Part shown: positions 51,051 through 64,000 of the stretch, piece by piece
Layout: each line of letters opens with the position of its first letter
Numbering within the stretch: position 1 is the first letter of the stretch
Assembly (NCBI RefSeq): GCF_963921235.1
Contig: NC_086108.1
Span: 6,386,001 to 6,450,000, forward strand
DNA length: 64,000 nt
Source: Mobula hypostoma
Taxonomy: Eukaryota
Reading direction: 5' to 3'
Notes under the pieces: model-generated
What the model was told of the DNA's origin: nothing
The model's input: the letters and a program-made list of their open reading frames with translations, nothing else
Databases searched by the model: none
Made by a program: the position numbers and the translations under genes

Positions 51051-54000
51051 GGAAGGGAATACAAGCTAGAAGGACCCACCACCACTTATAAGGAATTTGT
51101 ACGTTCTCCTAGGGTTAGGGTTAGGGCTTTCTCCAGTTGCTTCGGTTTTGTCCCACAGTCCTGGTACTGGTTTAATAGGCTAATTGGTCATTGTAAATTG
51201 TGCCATGATTAGGCTAGCTTTAAATTGGGGGATTGCTAGGCGGCACGGCTGGAAGGGCCCACTCCACGCCAGATCTCAATAATAAATAATCTAAGAATGA
51301 ATGAATAAATAAGGTGCTAGGCCACGTGACAGGGAAGGTGGGAGATGATGGCTGGAAAAGGTGTAAAGGGCTGAAGAAGAAGGAATGTGATAGGAGACGA
51401 GAACAGACCTTGGGAAAAAGGGAAGGAGGAGCACTGGGGGAGATGATCAGGCAGGTGAGGAGAAGAGGTAAGAGGGGAGCCAGAGTGGGGAATAGAAGAA
51501 GGGAGGAGGGGGAAATTGTGAAGTTAGAGAAACCAATGTTCATTCCATCAGGTTAGAAGCTATCCAGATGGAGTATAAGGTATTGCTCCTCCAACCTGTG
51601 AGTGGCCTCATAGTGGCAGTAGAGGAGGCCGTGGAGCAGTGTGTCAGACTGGGAGTGGGGAGTGGAATTCAAATAGTTGTCCACTGGGAAATCCTACTTG
51701 CTGTGGACAGAGCAAAGGCGCTTGACGAAGCAGTCTCCCAATCTGCGTTGGGTATGTATGGACATGAGAATCAGGAGTAGACAACCTGGCCCCTCAAGTC
51801 TGCCCTACTATTACGAGACAACTGTGTGGCAGAATCTCAAAACAAAATGCTGGAGGAACTCAGCAGTTCAGACAGCGTCTTTGGAGAGGAATGAACAGTT
51901 GACATTTTGGGCCAAAACTCTTCATCAGGACCAAGAAGGTTATAGCCCGGAACAATTGACTGTTTTGGATACTGCCTGACCAGCTGAATTCCTCCAGTAT
52001 TTTGTTGCTCTGGATTTCCAGTATCTACAGAATATCTTGTGTTTCAAATTTCACATCGGTGATGAAGTCTGTGATAGGTGAAGCCAAGTGAGGGAGAAGG
52101 TAGGTGGGTGATGAAAGCCTCAACCTATCACTTTCCACCTTGTACTCCTTCCCCTCCTCCCACCTTATTTCTGGTTTTTTCTCTTTCCAGTCCTGATGTA
52201 GGGTTTCAGACCAAAATGTTGACTGTTTATTCACCTCCATAGATGCTGCCTGAACTGCTGAGTTTTTCCAGCGTTGTGTGTACAGAACCTCTTGTCAGAT
52301 TCTCATAGTCCCCAATTCCCCAATCTTTCAAATAATTAGCTGCTTCCATTTTAAGTTCTTTGAGCAAGCTTGGAGCAATGAATTCCAGAGATTCACTATC
52401 CTTGGATGAAGTCTGTTCAGAGCTCTGCTTAAAGTGACTAGTACCTTGTCTTTAAACCATGTCCCCTCGTTCAATGTTTTCCCATTAGTGTAAGCATCTA
52501 AACATCTACCTGAGGTGTCTCCTTATATCTTGTGTGTTTCCATACCATCTCTTCTCATTCCTCTAACTCCAAACAATGTAGTCCCAACCTGTTTAACCTC
52601 TCTTGAGAGGACAATCTTCTCACCCCAGGAATTAGCTGGTGAAGCACACACAAAATGCTAATGGAAGTCAGACAGCATCTATGGACGGGAATAAATGGTG
52701 GACATTTTGGGCCAAGAGTCTTCCAAAAGATCAGTGTTTATTCCCATCCATAGGTTCTGCCTGATTTGCTGAGTTTAACATAGAATACTACAGCACATGA
52801 TGAGGTTGTTACAGCTGGGGTGGCCATGGGCATGAGCTCCCACTACCTATTAAATGCTCCCAATGGCATGTATCTCAAATAGCCTTTGGCAACCAAGACC
52901 AGCTTGTGGCCTTTGCACCTGGCTTAGCGACTAGGCTCTGCAGAACTATTTCTATTGACAGGAGAAGGGGCGAAGGCGAGTTACTGCACCTTAAAACTAT
53001 TCGCATCAGACAGATGAGGCTCCTCTGCCATGATTGACAGCTTATCTAGGAGAAGGAAAACTCTTGATCTCAAATTTCCACTGCCATGGGGAAGGCTCAG
53101 GGGTAAACACTGAGGAAAAATCCAAAGCTGGAGTCCCTAAGGCAATCGTACATTGAGTTCAATGTTGACTGGTGACTCCTGCAATGTTCCTGGTGCCAAA
53201 CTGTATTGATTGCTGCCGTTCCTTTGGGTTCATCAGATGCGTGGAGGGGGGGAGCTTGCTACACACACAACAGCTTGCTCTCCACATCATATTTCCCAGG
53301 CTTGTCTGACAGCTAGGACACAACATCCATGGTCGACCCTGACTGATGGAGGTCTCACTCATTAACACATCTCTAGAAGTTGGTCAAAGTTTTAAGTGTC
53401 AGCATTGTCACAGAAGTTGCTATTCCACATTGAACTCAACTTAGAGCTGCCTTAGGGACTTCAGCTCCAGATTTTTCCTCAGAGTTTACTGCTGAAGCCT
53501 TCCCCATTGGTTGGTATAGCCACAAGGCAACAAAGGTTTCAGATAAGAGATTTCCTTCTAGATGAGCTGCAAACCACAACTGGGATGCAACGTCCATGGT
53601 TGTCCCTGACCAACAGAGGGCCTCATTTAGCATAGCACTGTACAGGCCTTCAGCCCATGTTATTGTGCCAACCTTATAACCTTCTCTTTCATTCAAACCC
53701 TTCTCTCTTAGATAGCCTTCCATTTTTTCCCCTTAAAATGATGTGCCTTCCAGCATTTTGTGTGTATTGCTCAAGATTTCCAGCATCTGCAGGATCTCTT
53801 ACATTTATGATTATCCTGGTGAATCCATTTTGGAATGCCTCCAGTGCTGTTATATCCTTTCCTCGGGTACGTCCTCACCAACACCCTGTACAATCTGAAC
53901 AAAACATCCCTTTTTCTAAACTACAAAACCCTTTGCAATAAAGGCCAGTATGTCATTGTTACAAGAATCACTGCTTGTAATAATGATCAGGAAGGCACAG

Positions 54001-54826
54001 AGAGAATCTGTACTTACCAACACATACCTTTATTGTCTCATAGAAGAACTTGTGAACTTGCAGAACTAAATACCTGTGTGCATACCTACTAAGTTTCCAT
54101 GACCTTCCATGAATAGTCAAACAATAAAATAGTAATACCAGTTAAAATAAGTCTTCGCTGCTGGCCGCATGTTCCTCAAAGTTCCATTTTAAATCTTCAC
54201 GTCTGTGAGGCACTTCACATCCACGATGGTGAATCTCCTACCAGTCATCGGTGCCAGTACACTTGAAGTGTTTGCTTTCAAACTCATTGTTTACCAATTC
54301 AAATATTGCATTTCAGTGTCTTTGGCTACAGCATGAGTCTGACCCTTAACATCTTATTGGCTCTTCTCCAATGCAGCATCCATTTATTGCCCTCTTCCCG
54401 CAACTGACAATAGGTAATCTATGGCTCTTTGTTCTCAATCAGCAACCAGTCTGAATCACACAGGGCAAGTACAGACCCCAGCAGTCACAAACTTGCATGT
54501 TATATACAACTAAAGAACACCTCGCAAATAACTTCTTATTTAGAAATGATCCCTAGTTCAGCAGGTTACTCGGAGCCCCATTGTGTTGACTTTAGAACGT
54601 GAATCCAGCCAAACGAAGTGGAGAACACAGAGTCTCTTCATAAAATGGCCACCTCCATCTCCTTCCTCATGGCAAGAACTAAGTCTGTTTACTTCCACTG
54701 TCATCAGTTCATTCCAATTCACTGATGTGTAGACTAGTTCTTTCTGGCCAAGATCATTTACCTTCTTGCCAACTTCTGGCCGTTATCAGCTAACTCTTTT
54801 TGTCTGATTCAGAATCTGTTTTATTA

Positions 54827-55601
54827 CACTGGACAACAATTTTTTTTGAGTGTAGCCGCAGATTTTTTTGGTTTATGATAGACCACTTGAAGCTGAACAC
54901 AGATATAAATTCAGACTATTTGAATCACATAGGAATTTGGAGAAATGAAATTAACTTTTATTGAATACATTATATTTAATTTCATAATAGTGCTGACGCT
55001 TTGCAATAGCTTGTCTCTGAGCTAAAAATGTTTTGTTGATGATTTCCATTTGTACTCAGAATCTCAGGCTTCTCGCTAAGTGTCCAACAATAATCAGGCA
55101 GCATTGATGGATTCCAGTTGCTCTGATACTGTTTCTCCATGACCACAATGTCTTGGTGAAACCTTTCACCATGCTTGTCACTGACAAGAAAATTTTCAGC
55201 AACATCCTTGAATGCTTTTCATGCAATTTACTCTGGTCCCACCAGAAGTTCTTCAAATTCCCTGTCATTGATGACCTGTTTGATTTGTTGACCAAGAAAA
55301 ATGTTTTCCTTAATCCTGGCATAAGTTATTTTGGGGAAACATCTGCCTCAAATATTGAAATCCTTCATGGAAATTTATAGCTTTTCTAAAACCTGATCTG
55401 CTATGCAGTGTCTGCACTGCTTAAGCATACCTAGACAAGATAGAAAATTTTTCAGCTTACGTTGTGGGCAACATTTTAATTGACTTGAATTATGAATCGA
55501 AATAACAAATATGGCTAATATTTTTAAAATGGTGTGTGACAGGGAAATTTCATGGTGATTTTCAAGATACACCCAAAAGCAAAATTTTTGTTTATCTAGT
55601 G
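54827..55601 (-). mobile_element. Internally deleted Chapaev3-like element with both termini
   Basis: Reverse homolog of 10830-11483. Ends CACTGGACAAC... and ...TTTATCTAGTG; flanks TTA/CTA (degenerate 3-bp TSD). Confidence 0.72.
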
Positions 55602-58289
55602 CTATCACTGATGCATGTTTTGCAGCAGTCTATTGTAATACATTAAATATACCATAAATTAAAATAATAAACATAAAAATGTAAATAATTGGTGCAAAAA
55701 GAGTGTTCATGGGTTCATTACTTACAGCCCATTACACCCCTGGTGTTTAGGGCAGCAATGAATGTCCCCCATCTGTCTGTCCATACCGTCACACAAAGAT
55801 GTAGAAGAATTCTTCATTGATGTTTCCATAACAATGTTTTTATGACTGGTCAGGGCTGTTAGCCCTGGGCTGAACCTGGAGGACTGGTGGACCACTCTTA
55901 GTCTGGCCTCTACCCTTTGACCTGTTTGGCATGGATGACCCTACCAAGAGCCAAAACACAAAGCCCTGACTCCAGCCAATGTAGCTCTCCAAGTCATTAA
56001 AGCACACAAGCCTCCAAACCCTATGACAACGTTGTGGTTCTCTTGGAGAATAATTTTGTATACCTCCTATCAAAACTCCTCTCAATCTTCTACATTGCAT
56101 GGAATATACATTCTTTCCTTATAACTTTAGTCCTCCAGGCTTGGCAACATTCTTGTAAATTTTTTCTGTGTTCTTTCCACCTTATAGACATCTTTCCTGT
56201 AGGTAGGTAGGTGACCAAAACTGCACACAATACTCCAAATTAGGCCTCACCTATGTCTTGTGCAACTTCAACATAACATGTACTGGAGGCATGGGTTCAT
56301 TGTCTGTTCAGAAATCTGACGGCAGAGGGGAATAAACTGTTCATAAAACGTGTTTTCCAGACTCCTATACCACCTCCTTGATGGTAGTAATGAGAAGGAG
56401 GCAGTTCTGGATAGTGAAGGTCCTTAATGATGTTTGCCCCCCTTTTTGGTGCCTCACTTCTTGAAGATGTCCTCGATGGTGGGGCGGCTAGTGCCCATGA
56501 TGGAGCTGGCTGAGCTTACAAACCCTGTGCACAAGAGCACCTCAATCTCTCTGTACCGTTTGCAGTCTCTATCCACTTAGATCATTTGTCTTTGCTTCCT
56601 CTTACCAGAATGCATGTCATCAGTTCCCCACATTTAGCTCCGCTTGCCAAGTTTTCGCCCACTCACTCGGTCTATCTATATCCTGCTGCAGATTCGCAAT
56701 ATCCTCATTAGAGCTTCTGTCTACATCTGTGCCAGAGTGAACACCACAGTTGTCCAAGTGACACAGTGCATTTAATTAAAAGATGAACTAGGGCAGCTAA
56801 AGGCGGTGGTGGGGACGGGGGTGGAATCGATGCTTGGGCAGTGTGATGCAGAACACAGGAGTTGCTGTCAACTTGAAACTAAAGAGAAAGCTGGAAATAC
56901 GGTATCTGTCAGTCTGCTCTATAGCACAGAAATGGCACTTTGGCCCATCTAGTCCATGTCAAACTGTTATTCTGCCTAGTCCAGGGGCTCCTGACCTGGG
57001 GTACATGATTCAATGGTTCATTTAATATCAGAGAAAGTATACAGTATACAACCTGAAATTCTTGCTCTTTGCAGAAATCCATGAAATATTAAAAAAAAAC
57101 AAAGATTAAACGACAGAAAAAAACATAATCCCAATGCCCCCTACCCCTCTCTCACACACAAGCATCAGCAAGCAGCATCAACCCTCTCTTCCCCCCCGCC
57201 CCACACACACCCCACTTAGTCTGGCATAAAGCATCAGCATTCTCACTACCCACCCTGCAAGCTACTGCAAAGCCTACCAAAGAGAGACCATAGTCTACAG
57301 TACATTAAAAAAAATTAACTTCATTCCAACATTTTTGACATGCCTCTGTCTCACACAAAAGGGAGGGACAGATATTACTCTTTCCACGTTGAGAGGGGAG
57401 GCAGTTGCTGTTTCAATGTTACAGTCACATCTGAAGTGTTGCTTTTATTTCGAGTTCCCCTATCCGCAAATCCACAGCAACGTCATTCACCCCTGAGAGG
57501 GGGAGGGGGAGAGGGATAGATATCACCAAGTGCAGAGCCTTCTGACTGCTGCTCTCACTGTCTTCAGTCTTCCAACTCCTGCTACGCTTCAGTTTGCGAC
57601 GGAACCACCTCCCCAATGGTAATTAGAAGAGGGCATGTGCTGCATGTTGAGGGTCATTAATAATGTACATAGTCTTTTTGAGGTGTCACCTCCTGAAGAT
57701 GACCCTTGTTCAATGATATTGGTCTATGGCACAAAGAAGGTTGGGAACCCCTGGCCAAGTCGCATCAATCCACACCTAGACCATAGCCGTCTGTTCCCCT
57801 ACTGCCCATGCACGTATCCAAAATACTCTTGAATATTGAAATAAGCCCGCATCCACCACTTCCGCTGGCTGCTCATTGCATACTCATCACTCTCCGAGTG
57901 AAGTTCCCAATAAGTATTTCATCCGCAGCCTATGACCTCTAGTTCTAGTCTCTTCCAAGCTCAATGGAAAAAGCCTGCTTGTGTTTTCCCGATCATTCAT
58001 TATGGGTGGTGGGGTGGAGATGCATCCTGCCAAAGGAGGTGTAAGGTGCTTCTTCATTCCCCTAGCCTGCAGGTTACACTTGGGCTGGGTGTAGCACCTG
58101 CTTAGCCGCACCTTCCCCCGTCCGGCCAGAATCAGGGTCATGTGAAGCCATAGTCGTACGAGCAGCTGGCCATGTCACAAGTCCCTGGTTATATGACCAC
58201 TGACTCCAGGCAGACACTAGCAGGAAGGACAGCAGAGCAGCAATGGCTGGAGTTTCTGTGGAAAATGAGGGAACTGCAAGACACACATG

Positions 58290-60600
58290 TTCCAAATAGA
58301 AGAAATTTTCGGATGGAAGGAGGACACTACAGTGGCTGACAAGTGAAGTCAGAGCCAAAGTAAAAACAAAACAGAGGGCATACAAGGAAGTCAAAGCTAG
58401 TGGGAAGATAGAGGATTGGGAAGCTTTTAAAAACTTGCAGAAGGAAACTAAGAAGTTCATTAGGAAGTAAAAGATGAATTATGAAAGGAAGCTGGTGACT
58501 AATATCAAAGAAGATACTAAAAGCTTTTTTAAGTATATAAAGGGTAAAATAAGTTAAGGGTAGATATAGGACCAATAAAATGACGCTGGGGATATTGTAA
58601 TGAGAGACAAAGAGACGGGCACTGAATGTGTATTTTGCATCAGTCTTCACAGTGGAAGGCATCTGCAGTATACTGATATTCAAGAATTTCAGGGAAGTAG
58701 AGTATGTGCCGTGAGAATTACGACTGAGAAGGTGCTCAGGAAGTTTGAGGGTGGATAAATCTAATGGAATGTGTAGCTGGAGAGATTGCGGAGGCATTAA
58801 CAATGATCTTTCAAGAATTGATAGATTCTGGCATTGTACCAGATGACTGGAAAATTGCAAATGTTACTCCACTATTTAGAAAGGGTGGGAGGTAGCAGAA
58901 AGGAAACTATAGACCTGTTAGCCTGACATCAGTGGTTGGGAAGTTGTTGGAATTGATTGTTAGGGTTGAGACTACGGAGTACCTGGAGGCACATGACAAG
59001 GAAAATCCTGCCTGACTAACCTACTGCAATTTTTTTGTGGAAATTACAAGCGGGGGGGGAGATGCAGTAGATGTGGTGTACTTGGATTTTCAGAAGGCCT
59101 TTGACAAGGTGCCGCACATGAGGCTGCTTAGCAAGATAAGAGCCCATGGAATTACAGGGAAGTTACTAGCATGGGTGGAGCATTGGCTGATCGGCAGAAA
59201 ACAGAGTGGGAATAAAGGGATCCTATTCTGGCTGGCTCTCGGTTTACCAGTGGAGTTCCACAGGGATCGGTGTTGGGACCGCTGCTTTTTACGATGTATG
59301 TCAATGATTTGGACTATGGGATTAATGGATTTGTGGCTAAATTTGCTGATGATACAAAGTTAGGTGGAGGAGCAGGTAGTGTTGCGGAAGCAGGGAGCCT
59401 GCAGAGAGACTTGGATAGTTTTGTAGAATGGGCAAAGAAGTGGCAAATGAAATACAATGTTGGAAAGTGTATGGTCATGCACTTTGGGGAAGAAATAAAT
59501 AGGCAGACTATTATTTAGGTGGGGAGAGATGCAGAGATGCAAAGGGACTTCGGAGTGCTTGTGCAGGATACCCTAAAGGTTAACCTCCAGGTTGAGTTGG
59601 TGGTGCACAAGGCGAATGCAAGAGCAGGGATGTGATGTTGAGGCTCTATAAGGCACTCGTGAGACCACACTTGGAGTATTGTGTGCAGTTTAGAAAGGAT
59701 ATACTGACATTGGAGAGGATCCAGAGAAGATTCACGAGAATGATTCCAGGAATGAAAGGGTTACCGTATGAGGAACATCTGGCAGTTCCTGGGCTGTAAT
59801 CCCTGGAGTTCAGGAGAATGAGGGGAGGATCTCATAGAAACATTCTGAATGTTAAAAGGCCTGAACAGATTAGATATGGCAAAGTTATTTCCCGTGGTAG
59901 GAGATTCTAGGACATGAGGGCACGACTTCAGGATTGAAGGACGTCCATTTAGAACAGAGATGCGGAGAAATTACTTAGAGGGTGGCAAATCTGTGGAATT
60001 TGGTGCCACGAGTGGCTGTGGAGGCTAAGTCATTGGGTGCATTTAAGGCAGAGATAGCTAGGTTCTTGATTAGCCAGGGCATCAGAATCAAGTTTATTAT
60101 CACCGGCATGTGATGTGAAATTTGTTAACTTAGTAGCAGCAGTTCAGTGCAAACATAATATAGAAGAAAAAAAATAAGTAAATCTTATTCACTATACTTC
60201 ATACAGTTGTATTGAATAGATTAAAAATCATGCAATAAACAGAAATACTATGTATTTTTAAAAAGTGAGGTAGTGTCCAAGGGTTCAATGTCCATTTAGG
60301 AATCAGATGGCAGAGGGGAAGAAGCTCTTCCTGAATTGCTGAGTGTGTGTCTTCGGGCTTCTGTACCTCCTACCTGATGGTAACAGTGAGAAAAGGGCAT
60401 GCTCTGGGTGCTGGAGGTCCTTAATAAAGGACGCTGCCTTTCTGAGACACCGCTCCTTGAAGATGTCCTGCAAAGGGTATGGGAAGAAGGTAGGGAAGTG
60501 GGGATGACTGGAAGAATTGGATCAGCCCATGATTGAATGGCAGAGCAGACTCAATGGGCCGAATGGCCTACTTATGCTCCTATATCTTATGGTCTTATGG
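58290..60600 (+). mobile_element. Degraded CR1 LINE (RT to 3' tail), interrupted by a Rex-like 3' end at about 60081-60470
   Basis: VDVVYLDFQKAFDKVPH and LGPLLF...KFADDTKLGG motifs; tail (tcttatgg)n. Confidence 0.88.
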
Positions 60601-61182
60601 ATAATCTCTGAAACATTGATAATCGCTGGGGACACCGGTCTTGTAAAGACACTGCACAGAAGAAGACAATGGCAAACCATTTCCGTAGAAAATTTTGCCA
60701 AGAACAATCATGATCAAGACCATGATCACCCAGGTCACTATCTATACTCAATATACTTCCCTTCTTTCTCCTACACTGGCAAGAAATAAAGTCCTAACCT
60801 ATTCAACCTATCCCTGTAACTCAGGTCCTCAAATCCCAGCAGCATCCTTGTAAGTTTTCTCAGTACTCTTTCAAGAATTCAAAGCAAATTTATTATCGAA
60901 GTACATTCTGATGTACTTACGTTTGCTCCTGAGAACTGCAGAACTGTTTCCAGTGACCAGTCTCTCTCCCCCACCCTGCCACCAAATGTTTAGTTGTTGC
61001 TTATCAGCCTTGCTTGCTTTCTTGCCGTTCATTACAATACTGTGACAGTATGGATACCATGTAGTGATCTTTTATATTATCCAACTTGTGTACAGAATTG
61101 ACTTGGGAACATCTGTAAAGGAGGAACCGTTCATTACTCTGGATGGCCAGTAGGTGAAAGTGGGGGCAGGGTGGAAAAACTT

Positions 61183-62060
61183 TAAACACAAGAAATTCTG
61201 CAGATGCTGGAAATCCAAAGCAACACACACAAAACAGTGGAGGAACAGTGCAGGCCTGACAGCATCTATGGAAAAGAATAAACAGTTGATGTTTTGCACT
61301 GAGACCCTTCACCGGGACTGAGAAGGAAGGGGAAGATGCCTGAATAAAAAAGATGGGGGGAAGGGAAAGAAGCTGGCTGGTAGGTGAAACCAGGTCGGTG
61401 GAAAAGTCAAGGGCTGGGGAAGAAAGGACCTGATGGGAGAGGAGAATGGACAATATGCGAAAGGGAAGGAGGAGGGGACCCAGAGGGAAGTAATAGACAG
61501 GTGAGAAGAAGTGAAAGGTCAGAGTGGGGAATAGAGGAAGGGGATCGTTGGAGTTTGTTCACTGGAAGGAGAAATCAGTATTCAGACCATCAGGTTGGAG
61601 GCTACCCAGACAGAATATAAGCTGTTGCTCCTCCACCCTGAGGTTAGCCTCATCTTGGCATAAGAGGGGGCCATGGATGGACGTGTTGGAACGGGCATGA
61701 GAATGGCTATTAAAATGTTTGGCCACCAAGAAGTCACGCTTGTAGCGAATGGAGAGGAGGCAAAGAGCTCCCCAATTTACAACAGGGCCACATTGAGAGC
61801 ACTGGATACAATAGACCCCAGCAGCTTCACGGTTGAAGTGTTGCCTCACCTAGAAAAGGGGGGGGGGTGGTCTGAATGGAGGTGAGGGGGGATGTGAAAG
61901 GCCGGGTGTGGCACTTTGGCCGCTTTCAGGGATAAGTGCCAGGAGGGAGATTAGTGGGGAGGGACGAGTGGACAAAGGGAATCATGGAGGAATGAAGGTA
62001 AAGATATGTTTAGTGGTAGAGTCCCTTTGGAAATGTTCAAGTTGTGGAGGATAATTATCA
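61183..62060 (-). mobile_element. Penelope-like fragment with GIY-YIG remnant
   Basis: ORF 61559-61849 (VYCIQCSQCG..VAKHFN..VEEQQLIFCLGSLQPDG). Related pieces at 37680-37970, 51313-51752 and 63652-64000. Confidence 0.8.
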
Positions 62061-62786
62061 GAAAGCAGTTTTTCAGCCCATTGAGTTCTGCTAGCTCCTC
62101 TGTTAGTCATCCCATTACCTTCTATTTTCCTGTGACTCTGCAAGTAACACTAAACTACAGTGACCAATTAACCTACCAGCTCATCTTTGAGATATAAAAT
62201 GAAGCCAAAACACTTGAAGAAAGCTATACAGTCATAGAAAGAATTGCAAACTCTGTACTGTTGGTACCGGAGATTGGTCTAGCTTCTACAGTTTTTTTTG
62301 TTTACAGACTAGTTACCTTGTATTACCAGTACATTTCTAGTCACTGCCCATTAAGTAGTAACAGTAGCAGCTGGGTTTAGGGTGGTGAAATGTAGAAGAG
62401 AAAGTTATTGGAGTTATAATGAAAATAATCTGGCTTTGTTTCTCCTTTTTTCCTGCTAAAGAGGTATGGGTTAATAAGGTTTTATGTGGGCCTGTTGATA
62501 CCAGAAGCATGGTGTCACTTTCCCCAGCACGTTTTCAGAGTGTGTTGGATATTGATGCAAATGATGCATTCACTCTATATTTTGATGTACATGTGACGAA
62601 TAAAGCTAATCTTTATAACGTCCTTATTATTGGTCTCCCTCCATAATGTGTGTATGTTTGGTGAGCTACTTAATGTGCTTTTGAAGGCAGAGAAGTTAGA
62701 TGGTTTGCATGTGGTCATAAAATAAAATTTCCCTCGTCTACTGTGTCCGGTGGTCCTGATGCGGCCTCCTGTACACTGATGAGAAC

Positions 62787-63651
62787 CAATGTTCCCTCTA
62801 AGGTGTGCACGCGCACACATCCTAGCATACTAGCATACAAAAGGTTGTCACCCTCTACCTAGTTGGCACTTTAAGTGTATTTCACAATCATACACAATCA
62901 CACTTCCTTCTCTGGTTTCTGACATGGACAGTGTTTACAACGTAGAGTTTTCAATGATTTGTCTGCAGATTTTAGAACTGGCTTATTTATGCTGTTTTTA
63001 TTGAAGAAATTATTGATGTCCTATGTCGAATTCGAAAGCAGCAAAGGGCATGAAGTTCAGAAGAACTGCTAGTTCATTCAAAGCAGAATGTCTTAGTGAA
63101 ACAGTAGAAACTGTTACACTGTAAGCTCATGAGATCAGGAACGTGCAGCTACCAGAAATATTTATGTACAAAACAGAAACTGGTGTTACCTGTGTGTATT
63201 GTCATGGTGCAAAAGTTGCTGACAAATTTGCGAAGTGGAGTGATATTTGGAAACTTGACTTTTTAAAGCATCATTTATCAAGGAAATCATATAGATGGTG
63301 TGCAAAAGCTCTGACGAGAATATCTTTCATTGCCTGCTACCTATGTTTTGTGAGAGTGCAGATGAACGAGAGTGAAAATGATCAACCCCAGAGGACATCA
63401 AAGTTCTTATTGAGAGTTAAAATAGATACTTCTGTACACTCAGTTGGACATGTGGGAAAGTATGTGAGAAATAAAACTCATTGGTGTGTATTATTTTATT
63501 TCTTTTAAACAAGTTAGTAGTTTATTATCCTTAGAATGGCTGCAGATTTACTTCCACTTAAAATTTCAGTGTGCACATATCACTGGGCAAAAAATTGCAC
63601 GGCACAAAGATTTTTGCACACACTAGTCATTATAAATTAGAGGGAACATTG
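62787..63651 (+). mobile_element. hAT (Tip100-like) deletion derivative inserted in a Penelope fragment
   Basis: Perfect 15-bp TIR CAATGTTCCCTCTAA / TTAGAGGGAACATTG. 8-bp flanks ATGAGAAC/GTGAGACC. CxxC...HH zinc-finger-like remnant in ORF 63143-63508. Confidence 0.75.
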
Positions 63652-64000
63652 GTGAGACCCCATCATAAATGAGGGGACCACTTCATCGAGCACTTCCAGT
63701 CCACCCACCAGAAGCTAAATCCCTGGTGGCCAAACATTTTAGTTCCAATTCCCACTCGACATGTCGGTACATGTCCTCCTCTTGTGCCAAGGTGAGGCCA
63801 CCCTCAGGGTGGAGGAGCTTATATTTTGTCTGGGTGGCCTCCAACCTGATGGCATGAATAAAAATTTCTCCTGGTTAAAACACGATTTCCCTCCCCCTCC
63901 TCTCTTCTTCTATTCTCCATTTTGGCCTATTGCCTCTTCTCACCCGCCCATCAGCTCCCCCAGGTCCCCTCGTCTCCTAAGATCCACTCTCCTCTCCTGT

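Noticed and set aside
53957..54780. Possible retroelement remnant or unique regulatory block
   Set aside because: No motif, terminus or second copy that I could support.
49157..64000. EIF3K exon 5 and later exons
   Set aside because: No QALDEN...GFEDSVRK-like sequence was seen; presumably downstream of the window, though a miss by eye is possible.

Overview
Eukaryotic, repeat-dense vertebrate DNA. The repeat mix (CR1, Rex1/Babar, Penelope, tRNA-derived SINEs) suggests a cartilaginous fish, probably a ray; this is inference only. The one confidently identified host gene is EIF3K on the + strand: coding exons 1-4 at 34747-34805, 36776-36874, 44860-44980 and 49082-49156. No exon 5 was found before the window ends. 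EIF3K intron 3 has U12-type (minor spliceosome) signals. A second, unidentified gene probably starts divergently on the - strand near 26.5 kb with a non-coding first exon. Most of the rest is transposon debris: a 5'-truncated L1-clade LINE with a 14-bp TSD nested in an older Rex1/Babar element, an internally deleted HERO-like RLE retrotransposon, many Penelope-like fragments carrying minimal hammerhead-ribozyme motifs, Chapaev3, hAT, Tc1 and Harbinger-like DNA-transposon derivatives, SINEs, and two minisatellites. I found no convincingly new protein-coding system. The best leads are RNA-level: the hammerhead-bearing Penelope repeats and their palindromic mini-derivatives, and the minor intron. 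Family names come from motif recognition, not database searches, and most repeat boundaries are approximate.
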